Both the position numbers and the translations under genes were made by a program. A DNA stretch of 64,000 nucleotides, from NCBI GenBank assembly GCA_964423815.1, contig CAYRGW010000003.1:45731-109730 (forward strand), read 5' to 3'. Origin of the DNA: an uncultured Solibacteraceae bacterium (GTDB lineage Bacteria > Acidobacteriota > Vicinamibacteria > Vicinamibacterales > SCN-69-37). The notes under the pieces were generated by a model. It was not told where the DNA came from, ran no database searches, and saw only the letters and a list, made by a program, of their open reading frames with translations. Below, piece after piece: positions 26,045 through 35,461 of this stretch (its first letter is position 1; every line of letters begins with the position of its first letter).

Positions 26045-27559
26045 TTAGGCCATCGCAGTGAACTGCTTGCCAAACTCCTCAAGGGCCGCCTGCAGCGCAG
26101 GTTTGGTCTTGTCGTCGAGCACCTTGGTCTCCGCAATCGAGGTCAACACCTCGGGACGCTGGGATTCAAGGAAGCGATAGAGCTCGGTTTCGTAGGCGAA
26201 CACCTTCTCGACCGGCACGCTGTCGAGGTAACCATTGGTCGCGGCGAAAATGATCGCGACCTGTTTGGCGACCGGCAGCGGCTGGTACTGGGGCTGCTTC
26301 AGGATTTCCGTGAGGCGACGACCACGGTTGAGCTGCTTCTGTGTCGCGGGGTCAAGGTCACTGCCGAACTGCGCAAAGGCCGCGAGTTCGCGGTACTGCG
26401 CAAGGTCCAGACGCAGGGTGCCGGCGACCGACCGCATCGCCTTGATCTGTGCGGAACCACCGACGCGCGACACCGAGTTGCCGACGTTGATGGCCGGGCG
26501 GAAGCCCTGGTTGAACAGGTCGGCTTCCAGGAAGATCTGACCGTCGGTGATCGAGATGACGTTGGTCGGGATGTACGCCGACAAGTCGCCTGCCTGCGTT
26601 TCGATGATCGGCAGCGCCGTCAGCGAACCACCACCGAGTTCCTTGTTCAGCTTGGCCGCACGCTCCAACAGACGCGAGTGCAGGTAGAAGACGTCGCCGG
26701 GATACGCTTCGCGGCCGGGCGGACGACGGAGGAGCAACGAGATTTCGCGATACGCCTGCGCGTGCTTCGACAAGTCGTCATACACGAGCAACGCGTGACG
26801 TCCGCTGTCGCGGAAGAACTCACCGATGGTGCACGCCGAGTACGGGCTGATGTAGAGCATCGGCGCCGGATCCGACGCGCCGGCCGAGACGACGATGGTG
26901 TATTCCATCGCGCCGGCTTCTTCGAGCGTGCGCACAACCTGCGCGACGGTCGACTGCTTCTGGCCGATCGCGTTGTAGATACAAACGACGTCGAGGCCCT
27001 TCTGGTTGATGATCGCGTCGACCGCGACCGCCGTCTTGCCCGTCTGGCGGTCACCAATGATCAGTTCGCGCTGACCACGGCCGATCGGCACCATGCCGTC
27101 GATGGCCTTGAGGCCCGTCTGCATCGGCTCTTTGACCGGTTGACGATCCACAACGCCGGGCGCGATGCGTTCGATGGGAAGAAACTGGTTGGTCGCGATC
27201 GGGCCCTTGCCGTCGATCGGCTGACCAAGGGCGTTGACCACGCGTCCGAGCATCGCGTCACCAACCGGCACCGAGATGATGCGGCCGGTGCGCTTGACGG
27301 TGTCGCCTTCCTTGACGCCGGTGGACCGGCCCAGAAGCACGGCGCCGACGCTTTCTTCTTCGAGGTTCAGCGCGATGCCGTAGAGCCCGTTCGGAAACTC
27401 GAGCATTTCGCCGGCCATGGCACGTTCCACGCCATGGAGTCGCGCGATACCGTCACCAACCGAGATGACGGTGCCCACTTCAGCAACGTCCACGTCCACA
27501 CTGAAATTGCCAATCTGGTCGCGGATGATTTTGGAGATTTCTTCGGCCTTGATCTGCAT
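26045..27559 (-). CDS. atpA: F1 ATP synthase subunit alpha
   Basis: 504 aa, with Walker [10 protein letters not shown] and a conserved alpha-subunit layout. Confidence 0.97.
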   Translation of the reverse strand: MQIKAEEISKIIRDQIGNFSVDVDVAEVGTVISVGDGIARLHGVERAMAGEMLEFPNGLYGIALNLEEESVGAVLLGRSTGVKEGDTVKRTGRIISVPVGDAMLGRVVNALGQPIDGKGPIATNQFLPIERIAPGVVDRQPVKEPMQTGLKAIDGMVPIGRGQRELIIGDRQTGKTAVAVDAIINQKGLDVVCIYNAIGQKQSTVAQVVRTLEEAGAMEYTIVVSAGASDPAPMLYISPYSACTIGEFFRDSGRHALLVYDDLSKHAQAYREISLLLRRPPGREAYPGDVFYLHSRLLERAAKLNKELGGGSLTALPIIETQAGDLSAYIPTNVISITDGQIFLEADLFNQGFRPAINVGNSVSRVGGSAQIKAMRSVAGTLRLDLAQYRELAAFAQFGSDLDPATQKQLNRGRRLTEILKQPQYQPLPVAKQVAIIFAATNGYLDSVPVEKVFAYETELYRFLESQRPEVLTSIAETKVLDDKTKPALQAALEEFGKQFTAMA

Positions 27560-27580
27560 CTATCGTTCCTGAAGTTGTTC

Positions 27581-28129
27581 TTACGCCTGGGCCAGCAGGC
27601 GCTGGCGCATCTTCTCGAGTTGACGGGTGAGGCTGGCGTCGAACACGACGCTGCCGACGTGGGCAATGATGCCGCCCATGATGTCGGGGTTGACCGATTC
27701 CTGAATGCGGACGTCGGCGCCCGATGCGGTGCTGAGCGCCTGCGCAAGTGCGGCGCGCTGCCCGTCGGGCATCGGCGTCGCAGTCACGACCTGGGCGTCC
27801 ATGATTTTTTCGTGGGTCATCACACGCGCGGTGAACGCGTCCGCCACATCCGCCAGGCTGGCGAGGCGATCACGATCCGCGAGCATGAGAAGGAGACGTC
27901 GCACTTCCACCGTGACGTCGCCGGCGCCGTTGAGCAACTGCTCAAGCACGGCGTGTTTTTTTGCGGCGGGCACGGCCGGTGAGGTCAGCACGGCCTTCAG
28001 CTGCGCATGGCCATTCACCAGCTCGACAAATGCCTTGAGATCGCGCTCCGCGCGCGAGACATCGCCGGCTGTGTTGACGACTTCAAAAAGGACCGCGGCG
28101 TATCTGCGGGCGGCCGAACGTGCACTCAT
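27581..28129 (-). CDS. atpH: F1 ATP synthase subunit delta (OSCP)
   Basis: 182 aa, with ..RRYAAVLFEV.. and a C-terminal ..GG.I..VGS.V.D.S....L motif. Confidence 0.9.
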   Translation of the reverse strand: MSARSAARRYAAVLFEVVNTAGDVSRAERDLKAFVELVNGHAQLKAVLTSPAVPAAKKHAVLEQLLNGAGDVTVEVRRLLLMLADRDRLASLADVADAFTARVMTHEKIMDAQVVTATPMPDGQRAALAQALSTASGADVRIQESVNPDIMGGIIAHVGSVVFDASLTRQLEKMRQRLLAQA

Positions 28130-28201
28130 GAGCGTTGGGAGCCTCCGCCGGGGTGATCGGCCCCCGGCAAAACAAACATTTATACCATGTACATCGGGTC
28201 T

Positions 28202-29251
28202 CTAGCGAAGCCTGACGAGGGTTCCATCGTCCGATCGGGCCTGCACGACCCCAACTCGGGTGGCTGGAACGCCTGCGGCGCGCTGGGCGGAGACAAAGGC
28301 ATCCGCCCGATCACTGGCCACCACAAACAGGAGGCCACCGGAGGTCTGGGGATCGCAGCACACCAGAAACAGCTCCGGGCGCACGCCGGGTTCGACCGCC
28401 AGGCGGTCGTAGTGCCGCTGATTTGACCGGCCTCCGCAGGGCAAATTCTGAACTGCGAGCTCGATGGCGCCTGGGAGCACGGGCAAATCCGTGGCGTCGA
28501 ACGTAAGGGTGACGTGCCCGGCCAGCGCAATTTCGGTCGCATGCCCTGCAAGCCCAAACCCCGTGACGTCGGTGCAGGCCAAAATCGTGCCCTCCGGCTG
28601 CGCCATGGCAACCTCAGCGGCGGCTCTATTGAGCAGGGTCATGGAGGAGACGGCACCACTGAGTTGACCAGAGGTCGAACGACCAAACTTGGTGGCTCTT
28701 ACGATGATGCCCGTCCCGAGGGGCTTGGTCAGGATCAGGACGTCGCCGGGCCTGGCGCCGACGTTCCGCCAGATTTTGTCCGGATGGACCTCGCCGGTGA
28801 CCGCATAACCAAACTTCACTTCCGGGTCGGTCACCGTGTGTCCACCAAGGAGCGCCACGCCGGCTTCCCGAAGTTTGTCCGACCCACCTCGAAATATTTC
28901 GCGGACGACCTCCGGGGACGGACCGTCCTTGGGTAACGAGGCGATCGCGAGGGCCGTCCTGGGAATTCCGCCCATCGCGTAAACATCGCTGAGCGCGTTT
29001 GCGGCGGCGACCTGTCCAAAGATGTAGGGGTCGTCGACCATGGGGGTGAAAAAGTCCACGGTCTGGACCAGCGCGGAGGTCTCCGACCACAGGTACACCC
29101 CGGCGTCGTCTGCGGTGCTGAAATCCACGAGCACGCGATCGTCCACGTGCGCCGACGGCAGTCCGTGCATCACCGCATCAAGTTCGGCCGGGCCCAATTT
29201 GCTGGCGCAGCCCGCGCAATCGGCGTATTCGGTGAGTCGCTTCGTTTCCAT
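28202..29251 (-). CDS. selD: Selenide, water dikinase SelD (Cys-type)
   Basis: 349 aa. The N-terminal glycine-rich loop reads ..LTEYADCAGCASKLGP.. (compare E. coli ..GAGCGCK..). An AIR-synthase-like fold follows (..DDAGVY.. ..GGHT..). Confidence 0.88.
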   Translation of the reverse strand: METKRLTEYADCAGCASKLGPAELDAVMHGLPSAHVDDRVLVDFSTADDAGVYLWSETSALVQTVDFFTPMVDDPYIFGQVAAANALSDVYAMGGIPRTALAIASLPKDGPSPEVVREIFRGGSDKLREAGVALLGGHTVTDPEVKFGYAVTGEVHPDKIWRNVGARPGDVLILTKPLGTGIIVRATKFGRSTSGQLSGAVSSMTLLNRAAAEVAMAQPEGTILACTDVTGFGLAGHATEIALAGHVTLTFDATDLPVLPGAIELAVQNLPCGGRSNQRHYDRLAVEPGVRPELFLVCCDPQTSGGLLFVVASDRADAFVSAQRAAGVPATRVGVVQARSDDGTLVRLR

Positions 29252-29253
29252 GA

Positions 29254-30135
29254 CTAGTCTTCCGTCAGGAACTCGAAGAGACGCTGGAGTTCGTCTTCGC
29301 TCGTGAAGTCGATCTCGATGCGTCCCCCCTTGCCCTTGCGGATGATGCGCGCGCGAGTGCCCAGCTTGAGCTTCAGGTGGTCCTCCGCTGCGCGGGTATT
29401 CGGATCGATCTTTTTGGGTTCGGGTTTGATGTGGGTCCTGGGTTCCGCTTCACGGCGCACCAGGGCTTCGGTCTCACGCACCGACAGTCCGCGCGCAATC
29501 ACGTCGCGGCCGACCCGCCGTTGCGAGGCATCGTCTGTGAGCGAGAGCAACGCGCGGGCGTGACCCATGGCGAGCGCGCCATCGTTCAGCGCGGTGCGCA
29601 CTTCGGCCGGCAGGCGGAGCAGGCGCATGTAGTTGGAGATGGTCGCGCGATCCTTGCCGACCTGGACGGCGATTGCTTCCTGCGACATTTCAAGTTCGTC
29701 GGTGAGCCGGCGATAGGCCTGCGCTTCTTCGATCGGGCTGAGATTTTCGCGCTGAATGTTTTCAATGAGCGCGACCTCGAGCAACTTGTCGTCGGGCACG
29801 TCCTTGACGGCCACCGGGACCTTCAACAGCCCCGCGCGCTGCGAGGCGCGCCAGCGCCGTTCACCGGCGACGATTTCAAAGTGGTCGCCGGCCTTGCGCA
29901 CCACGATCGGTTGAATCACGCCGTTGGCGCGAATTGACTGTGCGAGTTCCTCGAGTTTTGCGTCATCCATCTGCAGGCGAGGCTGCTTGGGATTGGGGAT
30001 GAGCAGATCGATGTCGAGTTCCTGTGCGCGCGGACGGTCAACAGGAGCGGCTTGTTGTTCGCGCGCCGGAGGGGGAGCGGTGTTGGGAATCAGCGCGCTG
30101 AGGCCGCGGCCGAGGGCTGGACGTTTGGTCGCCAT
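29254..30135 (-). CDS. parB: Chromosome-partitioning protein ParB (Spo0J)
   Basis: 293 aa, with the GRGLSALIP box, ..QPIVVRK......IVAGERRWRA.., and the HTH ..QEAIAVQVGKDRATISNYMRLLRLP. Confidence 0.95.
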   Translation of the reverse strand: MATKRPALGRGLSALIPNTAPPPAREQQAAPVDRPRAQELDIDLLIPNPKQPRLQMDDAKLEELAQSIRANGVIQPIVVRKAGDHFEIVAGERRWRASQRAGLLKVPVAVKDVPDDKLLEVALIENIQRENLSPIEEAQAYRRLTDELEMSQEAIAVQVGKDRATISNYMRLLRLPAEVRTALNDGALAMGHARALLSLTDDASQRRVGRDVIARGLSVRETEALVRREAEPRTHIKPEPKKIDPNTRAAEDHLKLKLGTRARIIRKGKGGRIEIDFTSEDELQRLFEFLTED

Positions 30136-30137
30136 GT

Positions 30138-30920
30138 TCAGTTTTTCTCCCGCGACAGGAATTCGCGCGCCAGGGCGACGTACGCCTCGGCGCCACGCGA
30201 GCGCGGGTCATAGAGGATGACGGGTTTGCCGTGGCTGGGCGCTTCACCCAGTCGCACGTTTCGCGGAATGACCGTGGTGAACACCTTGTCGCCGAAGTAC
30301 TCGCGAATGTTTCCGCCGACCTGCTGACCGAGATTGGTGCGGTCGTCGTACATCGTGAGCAACACCCCTTCGACTTGCAGGTCGGGGTTAAGCGATGTGC
30401 GCACACGGTCGAGGGTCGACATGAGATCGGCGATGCCTTCCAGCGCGAAGTACTCGCAGTTGAGGGGAATCAGCACGGTGTCGGCGGCAACCAACGCATT
30501 CAGCGTGAGCAACCCCAACGATGGGGGAGAGTCGATGAAGACGTAGTCGTATTCGCCGCGCAAGGCGTCGATGAATTTTTTGAGCCGTTTGTCGCGGTCC
30601 GGCATGGTCACCAGTTCGATCTCAGCGCCGGTGAGATGGCGATCGGCCGGTACGAGGAACAAGTTCTCGATCGCCGTCGGCAACACGAAGTCACGCGCGA
30701 CGACACCGTCACTGGTGAGCGCGTCATAGACGGTGCCCGCGTCGGTGGCCTGGTCCTTTAACCCGACACCGGAGGTGAGGTTGGCCTGCGGATCCATGTC
30801 AATGACCAACACGCGCTGGTCCGCGAGGGCCAGCGACGCGGCCAGATTGATCGCCGTCGTCGTTTTGGCGACGCCGCCTTTCTGGTTTGAGACTGCGATC
30901 ACTCTTGTTTGTTTGGTCAT
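30138..30920 (-). CDS. parA: Chromosome-partitioning ATPase ParA (Soj)
   Basis: 260 aa with the deviant Walker A motif NQKGGVAKTTT. Confidence 0.95.
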   Translation of the reverse strand: MTKQTRVIAVSNQKGGVAKTTTAINLAASLALADQRVLVIDMDPQANLTSGVGLKDQATDAGTVYDALTSDGVVARDFVLPTAIENLFLVPADRHLTGAEIELVTMPDRDKRLKKFIDALRGEYDYVFIDSPPSLGLLTLNALVAADTVLIPLNCEYFALEGIADLMSTLDRVRTSLNPDLQVEGVLLTMYDDRTNLGQQVGGNIREYFGDKVFTTVIPRNVRLGEAPSHGKPVILYDPRSRGAEAYVALAREFLSREKN

Positions 30921-31005
30921 ACAGGATAAAAATACAGGTCGATTTATCGGATTGACTCGGGGATTCTAACGTACACGCGGCGGTCTGGGGTGGCGTGGCC
31001 AGAAA

Positions 31006-31021
31006 GGTTCCACGTGGAACT
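31006..31021. promoter_or_regulatory. parS site 1 (GGTTCCACGTGGAACT)
   Basis: The 14-bp perfect palindrome GTTCCACGTGGAAC matches the canonical parS tGTTNCACGTGAAACa. It lies about 90 bp upstream of parA. Confidence 0.8.
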
Positions 31022-31044
31022 TCGGGACTTCGGGACTTCGGGAC
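31021..31044. repeat. Perfect tandem repeat (TTCGGGAC)x3 between the two parS sites
   Basis: There are three exact 8-bp units, at 31021-31028, 31029-31036 and 31037-31044. Confidence 0.9.
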
Positions 31045-31049
31045 CTCGT

Positions 31050-31065
31050 TGTTCCACGTGGAACA
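31050..31065. promoter_or_regulatory. parS site 2 (TGTTCCACGTGGAACA)
   Basis: This is a 16-bp perfect palindrome, one position away from the B. subtilis-type consensus TGTTCCACGTGAAACA. Its centre is 44 bp from that of site 1. Confidence 0.85.
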
Positions 31066-31104
31066 CGTCCGGGCCCTGGAGAATCACGATAACAACTGGT
31101 GTAT

Positions 31105-31761
31105 TCAGAACAACTTAGCGTTCTTGTTCATCACCACCAGCTGGCTTCCAATGGATGACAAGAGCACTTCGCTGTGTCCGGACGTGAAGGGCGGCGCAAA
31201 TTCGGCCTTGGCCGAGGTCTCCGTGCCGAACATGAACAATCGACCCCCCGGCCGGAGAAACGCCTGGATGGCATTGAGCAATCTGCCGTCGGGTCGAACG
31301 GCTCTCACGGTGACAATGTCGGCGGATTCATGAAGTTCGGCGCGTGGAAGCAGTTCCTCCAGGCGGCAATTCTCGACGGAACCGCGCTCTATCGCCAGCT
31401 GCCGAAGGACTTCGCGAAGGAATGCACATTTGCGCACCTTCACTTCCACCATGATCAGCCGGAGCCCCGGGCTGGCAAGCATGAAGGGAATCGCAGGCGA
31501 GCCGCCGCCGCTTCCGACGTCGATGGCCAGCTGGTCCCCGGCTTCCACCCGTCTGGCCGCCAGGACCGGCTCCACAATCAGCCGGTCCACCGCGTCATCG
31601 GACAACGGGTCGACCGGCAGCGCAGTGAGATTAATTTTGCGGTTCCACTTGGCCAGGAGCTCAACGTAGGCCGCCAGGTTGGAGAGCACGTCCGATGGAG
31701 GCTCAACGCCGGCCTTTGCCAGACGACGGGAGAGTCGGTTTAGGGTCTCGCGCTCAGCCAC
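31105..31761 (-). CDS. rsmG: 16S rRNA (guanine527-N7)-methyltransferase RsmG (GidB)
   Basis: 218 aa, with ..LLAKWNRKINLTA.. and the SAM motif DVGSGGGSPAIP. Its position downstream of mnmG supports the call. Confidence 0.9.
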   Translation of the reverse strand: MAERETLNRLSRRLAKAGVEPPSDVLSNLAAYVELLAKWNRKINLTALPVDPLSDDAVDRLIVEPVLAARRVEAGDQLAIDVGSGGGSPAIPFMLASPGLRLIMVEVKVRKCAFLREVLRQLAIERGSVENCRLEELLPRAELHESADIVTVRAVRPDGRLLNAIQAFLRPGGRLFMFGTETSAKAEFAPPFTSGHSEVLLSSIGSQLVVMNKNAKLF

Positions 31762-31773
31762 GCGCCCATTGTG

Positions 31774-33627
31774 TCACTTTGGAACCCTGGACCCGCCTTC
31801 GCCGAGGCTTCGGCGGGCGAGTCGGGAGGCAACAATGGCCACGGCGGCAGGAGTGACGCCGGGGACCCGGCCTGCCTGACCAAGTGTCGCCGGCCGGACC
31901 GAGGACAAACGCTCCACCACCTCACGAGACAGGCCGGGAACACCGGCGTATTCAAAGTCGCTGGGAATCCCGCGCTCGCTCTGTGATTCCACCCGCGCCC
32001 GTTGCTGCGCGTGCCGCACGAGGTAGCCGCGATATTTACACTCGGCTTCCAGGGTCCCGCGGTCGATTTCCCGTGAGTCGTCGAGATCGAGCGCGCAACC
32101 TGCAGCCATCACCTGATCCACGGTGACGAGCGGTCGCCCGAGGGCCTCAGCCGCCGTCGAATGAATCCCCTGCACCAGCACTCGGGTGTTCGCGAGGGCC
32201 GCACGATTGATGTCGAGGCGTCCGCTTCGGTGCTCGAACCGCGTCCATCGCTCATCACGCACCAACCCGGCATCACGGCCGACTGGAGTCAGGCGCAGGT
32301 CCGCATTGTCGATCCGCAGCGCGAGCCGATGCTCCGCGCGAGACGTGAACATCCGATACGGCTCAAGACAACCCTGCGTCACGACGTCATCGATGAGGAT
32401 GCCGATGTACGCCTCGTCTCTCCGCAGGACCACCGGGCCTTCCGCCTGGACACGCCGCGCGGCGTTTATCCCGGCCATCACGCCCTGCGCGGCCGCCTCT
32501 TCGTACCCGGAGGTTCCGTTGATCTGCCCGGCGAAAAACAGGCCGGGCACACGCTTCGCTTCGAGCGACAACGACAACTCAGTCGGCTGAATAAAGTCGT
32601 ATTCCACCGCATACGCATGTCGGAGCAAGACCGCATCTTCGAGCCCGGGCATCGCGTGCACGATCGTCTCCTGCACAGCGGCCGGCAGACTCATCGACAT
32701 GCCGTTGACGTAGATTTCGTCAACGTCCAGGCCCTCCGGCTCAAGGAATATCTGATGCCGTTCCTTGTCAGGGAACCGCATGATCTTGTCTTCGAGCGAC
32801 GGGCAATACCGCGGGCCCACTCCAGTGATCTGGCCGTTATAGAGCGGTGATTGATGAATATGTTCCCGCACCAGTGCATGCACATGCGTCGTCGTATGGA
32901 CGATATGACAAGCAATTTGTGGGGAAATGACCTTAACAGTCTCGTAGGAAAACGGTACGACCGGATTGTCGCCGTGGTCTTCCGTGAATTTGCTGAAGTC
33001 GATGCTCTTGCGATCAAGGCGTGGGGGAGTGCCGGTCTTCAGACGGCCCATCTCAAACCCGAACGTGCGCAGCGACTCCGCGAGGTGATGGGTCGGCGGC
33101 TCGCCGGCGCGACCGGCCGGGCGTTGGACATCGCCGATGTGCACCAGGCCGTTCAGGAACGTTCCGGTTGTGACCACCAGCGTGCGGCAGCCAACCACGT
33201 CGCCATTTTCAAACGCGAGTCCAACAACTTCGCCGTGCTCCACCAGCACCTTGCCGGCGCGTTCAAACAACCAGGTGATGTTGGGCTCGGACGACAACGT
33301 GTCCTTGACCCACGCGCCGTACCGCTTCTTGTCGGCCTGCGCGCGCGGCGACCACACCGCAGGCCCCCGGCTCCGATTGAGCAACTTGAACTGGATGCCG
33401 GTGGCATCAATGGCCAGTCCCATCAACCCGCCAAGCGCATCGATCTCGCGCACCAGATGCCCTTTGGCTGTCCCGCCGATGGCCGGATTACAGGGCATCA
33501 ACGCGACGGTATCGGGTGAGAGCGTGCACAACCCCACACGACATCCCATTCGCGCCGCGGCCCATGCGGCTTCGCAGCCGGCATGCCCTGCCCCGATCAC
33601 GATGACGTCAAAATCCGCGCGCATCAT
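31774..33627 (-). CDS. mnmG: tRNA uridine-5-carboxymethylaminomethyl modification enzyme MnmG (GidA)
   Basis: 617 aa, with the FAD motif [15 protein letters not shown] and ..[11 protein letters not shown]... Confidence 0.96.
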   Translation of the reverse strand: MMRADFDVIVIGAGHAGCEAAWAAARMGCRVGLCTLSPDTVALMPCNPAIGGTAKGHLVREIDALGGLMGLAIDATGIQFKLLNRSRGPAVWSPRAQADKKRYGAWVKDTLSSEPNITWLFERAGKVLVEHGEVVGLAFENGDVVGCRTLVVTTGTFLNGLVHIGDVQRPAGRAGEPPTHHLAESLRTFGFEMGRLKTGTPPRLDRKSIDFSKFTEDHGDNPVVPFSYETVKVISPQIACHIVHTTTHVHALVREHIHQSPLYNGQITGVGPRYCPSLEDKIMRFPDKERHQIFLEPEGLDVDEIYVNGMSMSLPAAVQETIVHAMPGLEDAVLLRHAYAVEYDFIQPTELSLSLEAKRVPGLFFAGQINGTSGYEEAAAQGVMAGINAARRVQAEGPVVLRRDEAYIGILIDDVVTQGCLEPYRMFTSRAEHRLALRIDNADLRLTPVGRDAGLVRDERWTRFEHRSGRLDINRAALANTRVLVQGIHSTAAEALGRPLVTVDQVMAAGCALDLDDSREIDRGTLEAECKYRGYLVRHAQQRARVESQSERGIPSDFEYAGVPGLSREVVERLSSVRPATLGQAGRVPGVTPAAVAIVASRLARRSLGEGGSRVPK

Positions 33628-34988
33628 TTGCCGATACAGAAGTGACTGAAAATATGCGCCAGCACATCGTCTGCCGTCCGTCGCCCGGTCAGCGCTTCGA
33701 GGACCTGACGCGCATCACCCAACTCAGCCAGCACAATTTCTTCGGTGGCACCGGCCTCAATCGCCGCAGTCGCGCGACCGACCGCATCACGCGCGGTTTG
33801 TGCACACTGCAGATGGCGCTGATTGGACACCATCGGCGTGTCGCGCAGATCTTCGCTGTCCGAGAGCGCAGTGATGATGGTCAGGCGCAGTTGGTCTAAT
33901 CCTTCGCTGGTGCGCGAGGAGACAGGCATGACGCGGCAGGGCTGAAGCCCTTGCCCTACATCTGAGGCCGCCAGATCGCTCTTGTTGGCGACGATGATTC
34001 GCGGCTCGCGCACGACGTCAAGGATTGCCCGGTCCTCGTCGGTCAGCGGCTGCGAACCGTCGAGCACCACAAGCGTCACCGCTGCGACCTGAAATGCCTC
34101 GTGCGCACGACGCACACCTTCGGCCTCGATCTCGTCGAGTGCATCCCGCACACCTGCCGTATCCACCAAAGTGATCGGGACGCCGTTGATGTCCACCACT
34201 TCGGTCAGGACATCGCGTGTGGTGCCGGCCACGGCAGTCACGATCGCGCGACCGCTGCCAACCAGCGCGTTGAAGAGACTGGACTTGCCGACATTGGGCC
34301 GACCTGCGATCACCACCAGTCGGCCTTCACGAATCAGCCGCCCGCGGCGGCCGTCTTTTAACAGCGCGTCGAGCAGGGCTTCGGATCGGACGAGTCCCGC
34401 ACGCGCATCGTCGCGGGTGATGAAGTGGTAGCCCTCATCAGGAAAATCAAGGGACGCCTCGAGTTTGGCGGCCACCTCAAACAACTGCGTGTCGATCTCC
34501 GCGATTCGTTTGGTGAGTGTGCCTTCAAGTTGATCAACCGCAACCCGTGCCTGCAGAGGAGTGACGGCCTCGATGAGATCGGCCACGGCTTCAGCCTGCA
34601 CAAGATCGAGGCGACCGTTGGTGTACGCGCGGAACGTAAACTCACCAGGCTGGGCCAGGCGCGCGCCACGATCACACACGAGCGTGACGATCTGCTGCAG
34701 CACGGCCGGACTCCCATGCCCGCTCACCTCCACCACATCGTCGCCCGTGTACGAATGGGGCGCCTGGAACCAGGTGACCACCACGTGATCGATCACGCTG
34801 CCGTCGGATGGACTTGTCAGCCGGGTGAAGGTGGCGTGCCGCGGTTGCAGCACGTCAATGCCGGTGAGCGTCGTCAGCATGCTGACGGCGTCCGGCCCCG
34901 CGATACGCACCACACCAATGCCGCCACGCCCCGGAGGCGTGGCAATCGCGACGATGGTGTCGGCCGTGGAAAAAGCCGAGAAGGCCAC
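33624..34988 (-). CDS. mnmE: tRNA modification GTPase MnmE (TrmE)
   Basis: 454 aa, with ..[18 protein letters not shown].., the G1 motif [14 protein letters not shown] and the C-terminal FCIGK. Confidence 0.96.
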   Translation of the reverse strand: MAFSAFSTADTIVAIATPPGRGGIGVVRIAGPDAVSMLTTLTGIDVLQPRHATFTRLTSPSDGSVIDHVVVTWFQAPHSYTGDDVVEVSGHGSPAVLQQIVTLVCDRGARLAQPGEFTFRAYTNGRLDLVQAEAVADLIEAVTPLQARVAVDQLEGTLTKRIAEIDTQLFEVAAKLEASLDFPDEGYHFITRDDARAGLVRSEALLDALLKDGRRGRLIREGRLVVIAGRPNVGKSSLFNALVGSGRAIVTAVAGTTRDVLTEVVDINGVPITLVDTAGVRDALDEIEAEGVRRAHEAFQVAAVTLVVLDGSQPLTDEDRAILDVVREPRIIVANKSDLAASDVGQGLQPCRVMPVSSRTSEGLDQLRLTIITALSDSEDLRDTPMVSNQRHLQCAQTARDAVGRATAAIEAGATEEIVLAELGDARQVLEALTGRRTADDVLAHIFSHFCIGK

Positions 34989-34995
34989 AGGCCTC

Positions 34996-35451
34996 CTACG
35001 CGGTCTTCTTGGAGATGACGACGATTTTGAGGAAGTCGTCGCCGAGGCTCTCGGAGCTCATCTCCGGATCTTCGGCCACGGTCAGATGCACCTGGCGGCG
35101 TGCGTAGGGATTGAGCGGCCCCATCTCCTGCGGCACACCAGCCTTGGCTTTCTCCATCAGACCCCGGGCGATGTTCTTCAACTCAGCATCCTTGTCGCGT
35201 CGGAACCCCATCGCATCGACGATGTAGTGGCGGTCACCACGTTCGTCGCGACGGATGGCGGTGTTCACGATGACCTGGAGCGCGTCGAGTGTTTCCCCTT
35301 GTCGGCGGAGCAGGGTCTCGGCGCCTTCACCCGTGATGTTGACGCGCACCGCGTCGGGAGTTTCCTCCAGTGTCACGTCAAGCGTGAGGCCCATCGCGCC
35401 AAGGACATCCGTGATGAAGTCGACGACGCGGGCATCAAGAATTTCAGTCAT
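34996..35451 (-). CDS. jag: Jag/KhpB-type RNA-binding protein (KH + R3H domains)
   Basis: 151 aa. It has a KH-like segment and an R3H-like motif (..LNPYARRQVHLTV..). It occupies the conserved position between yidC and mnmE. Confidence 0.8.
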   Translation of the reverse strand: MTEILDARVVDFITDVLGAMGLTLDVTLEETPDAVRVNITGEGAETLLRRQGETLDALQVIVNTAIRRDERGDRHYIVDAMGFRRDKDAELKNIARGLMEKAKAGVPQEMGPLNPYARRQVHLTVAEDPEMSSESLGDDFLKIVVISKKTA

Positions 35452-35461
35452 GGTATCGCCT

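Noticed and set aside
33636-33643. GCCGATAC preceded by CAAAA at about 16 nt, resembling a sigma-28 (TAAA-N15-GCCGATAA) promoter.
   Set aside because: It is on the plus strand at the mnmG/mnmE junction, with no plus-strand gene downstream, and it lies within coding sequence. It is most likely a chance match.
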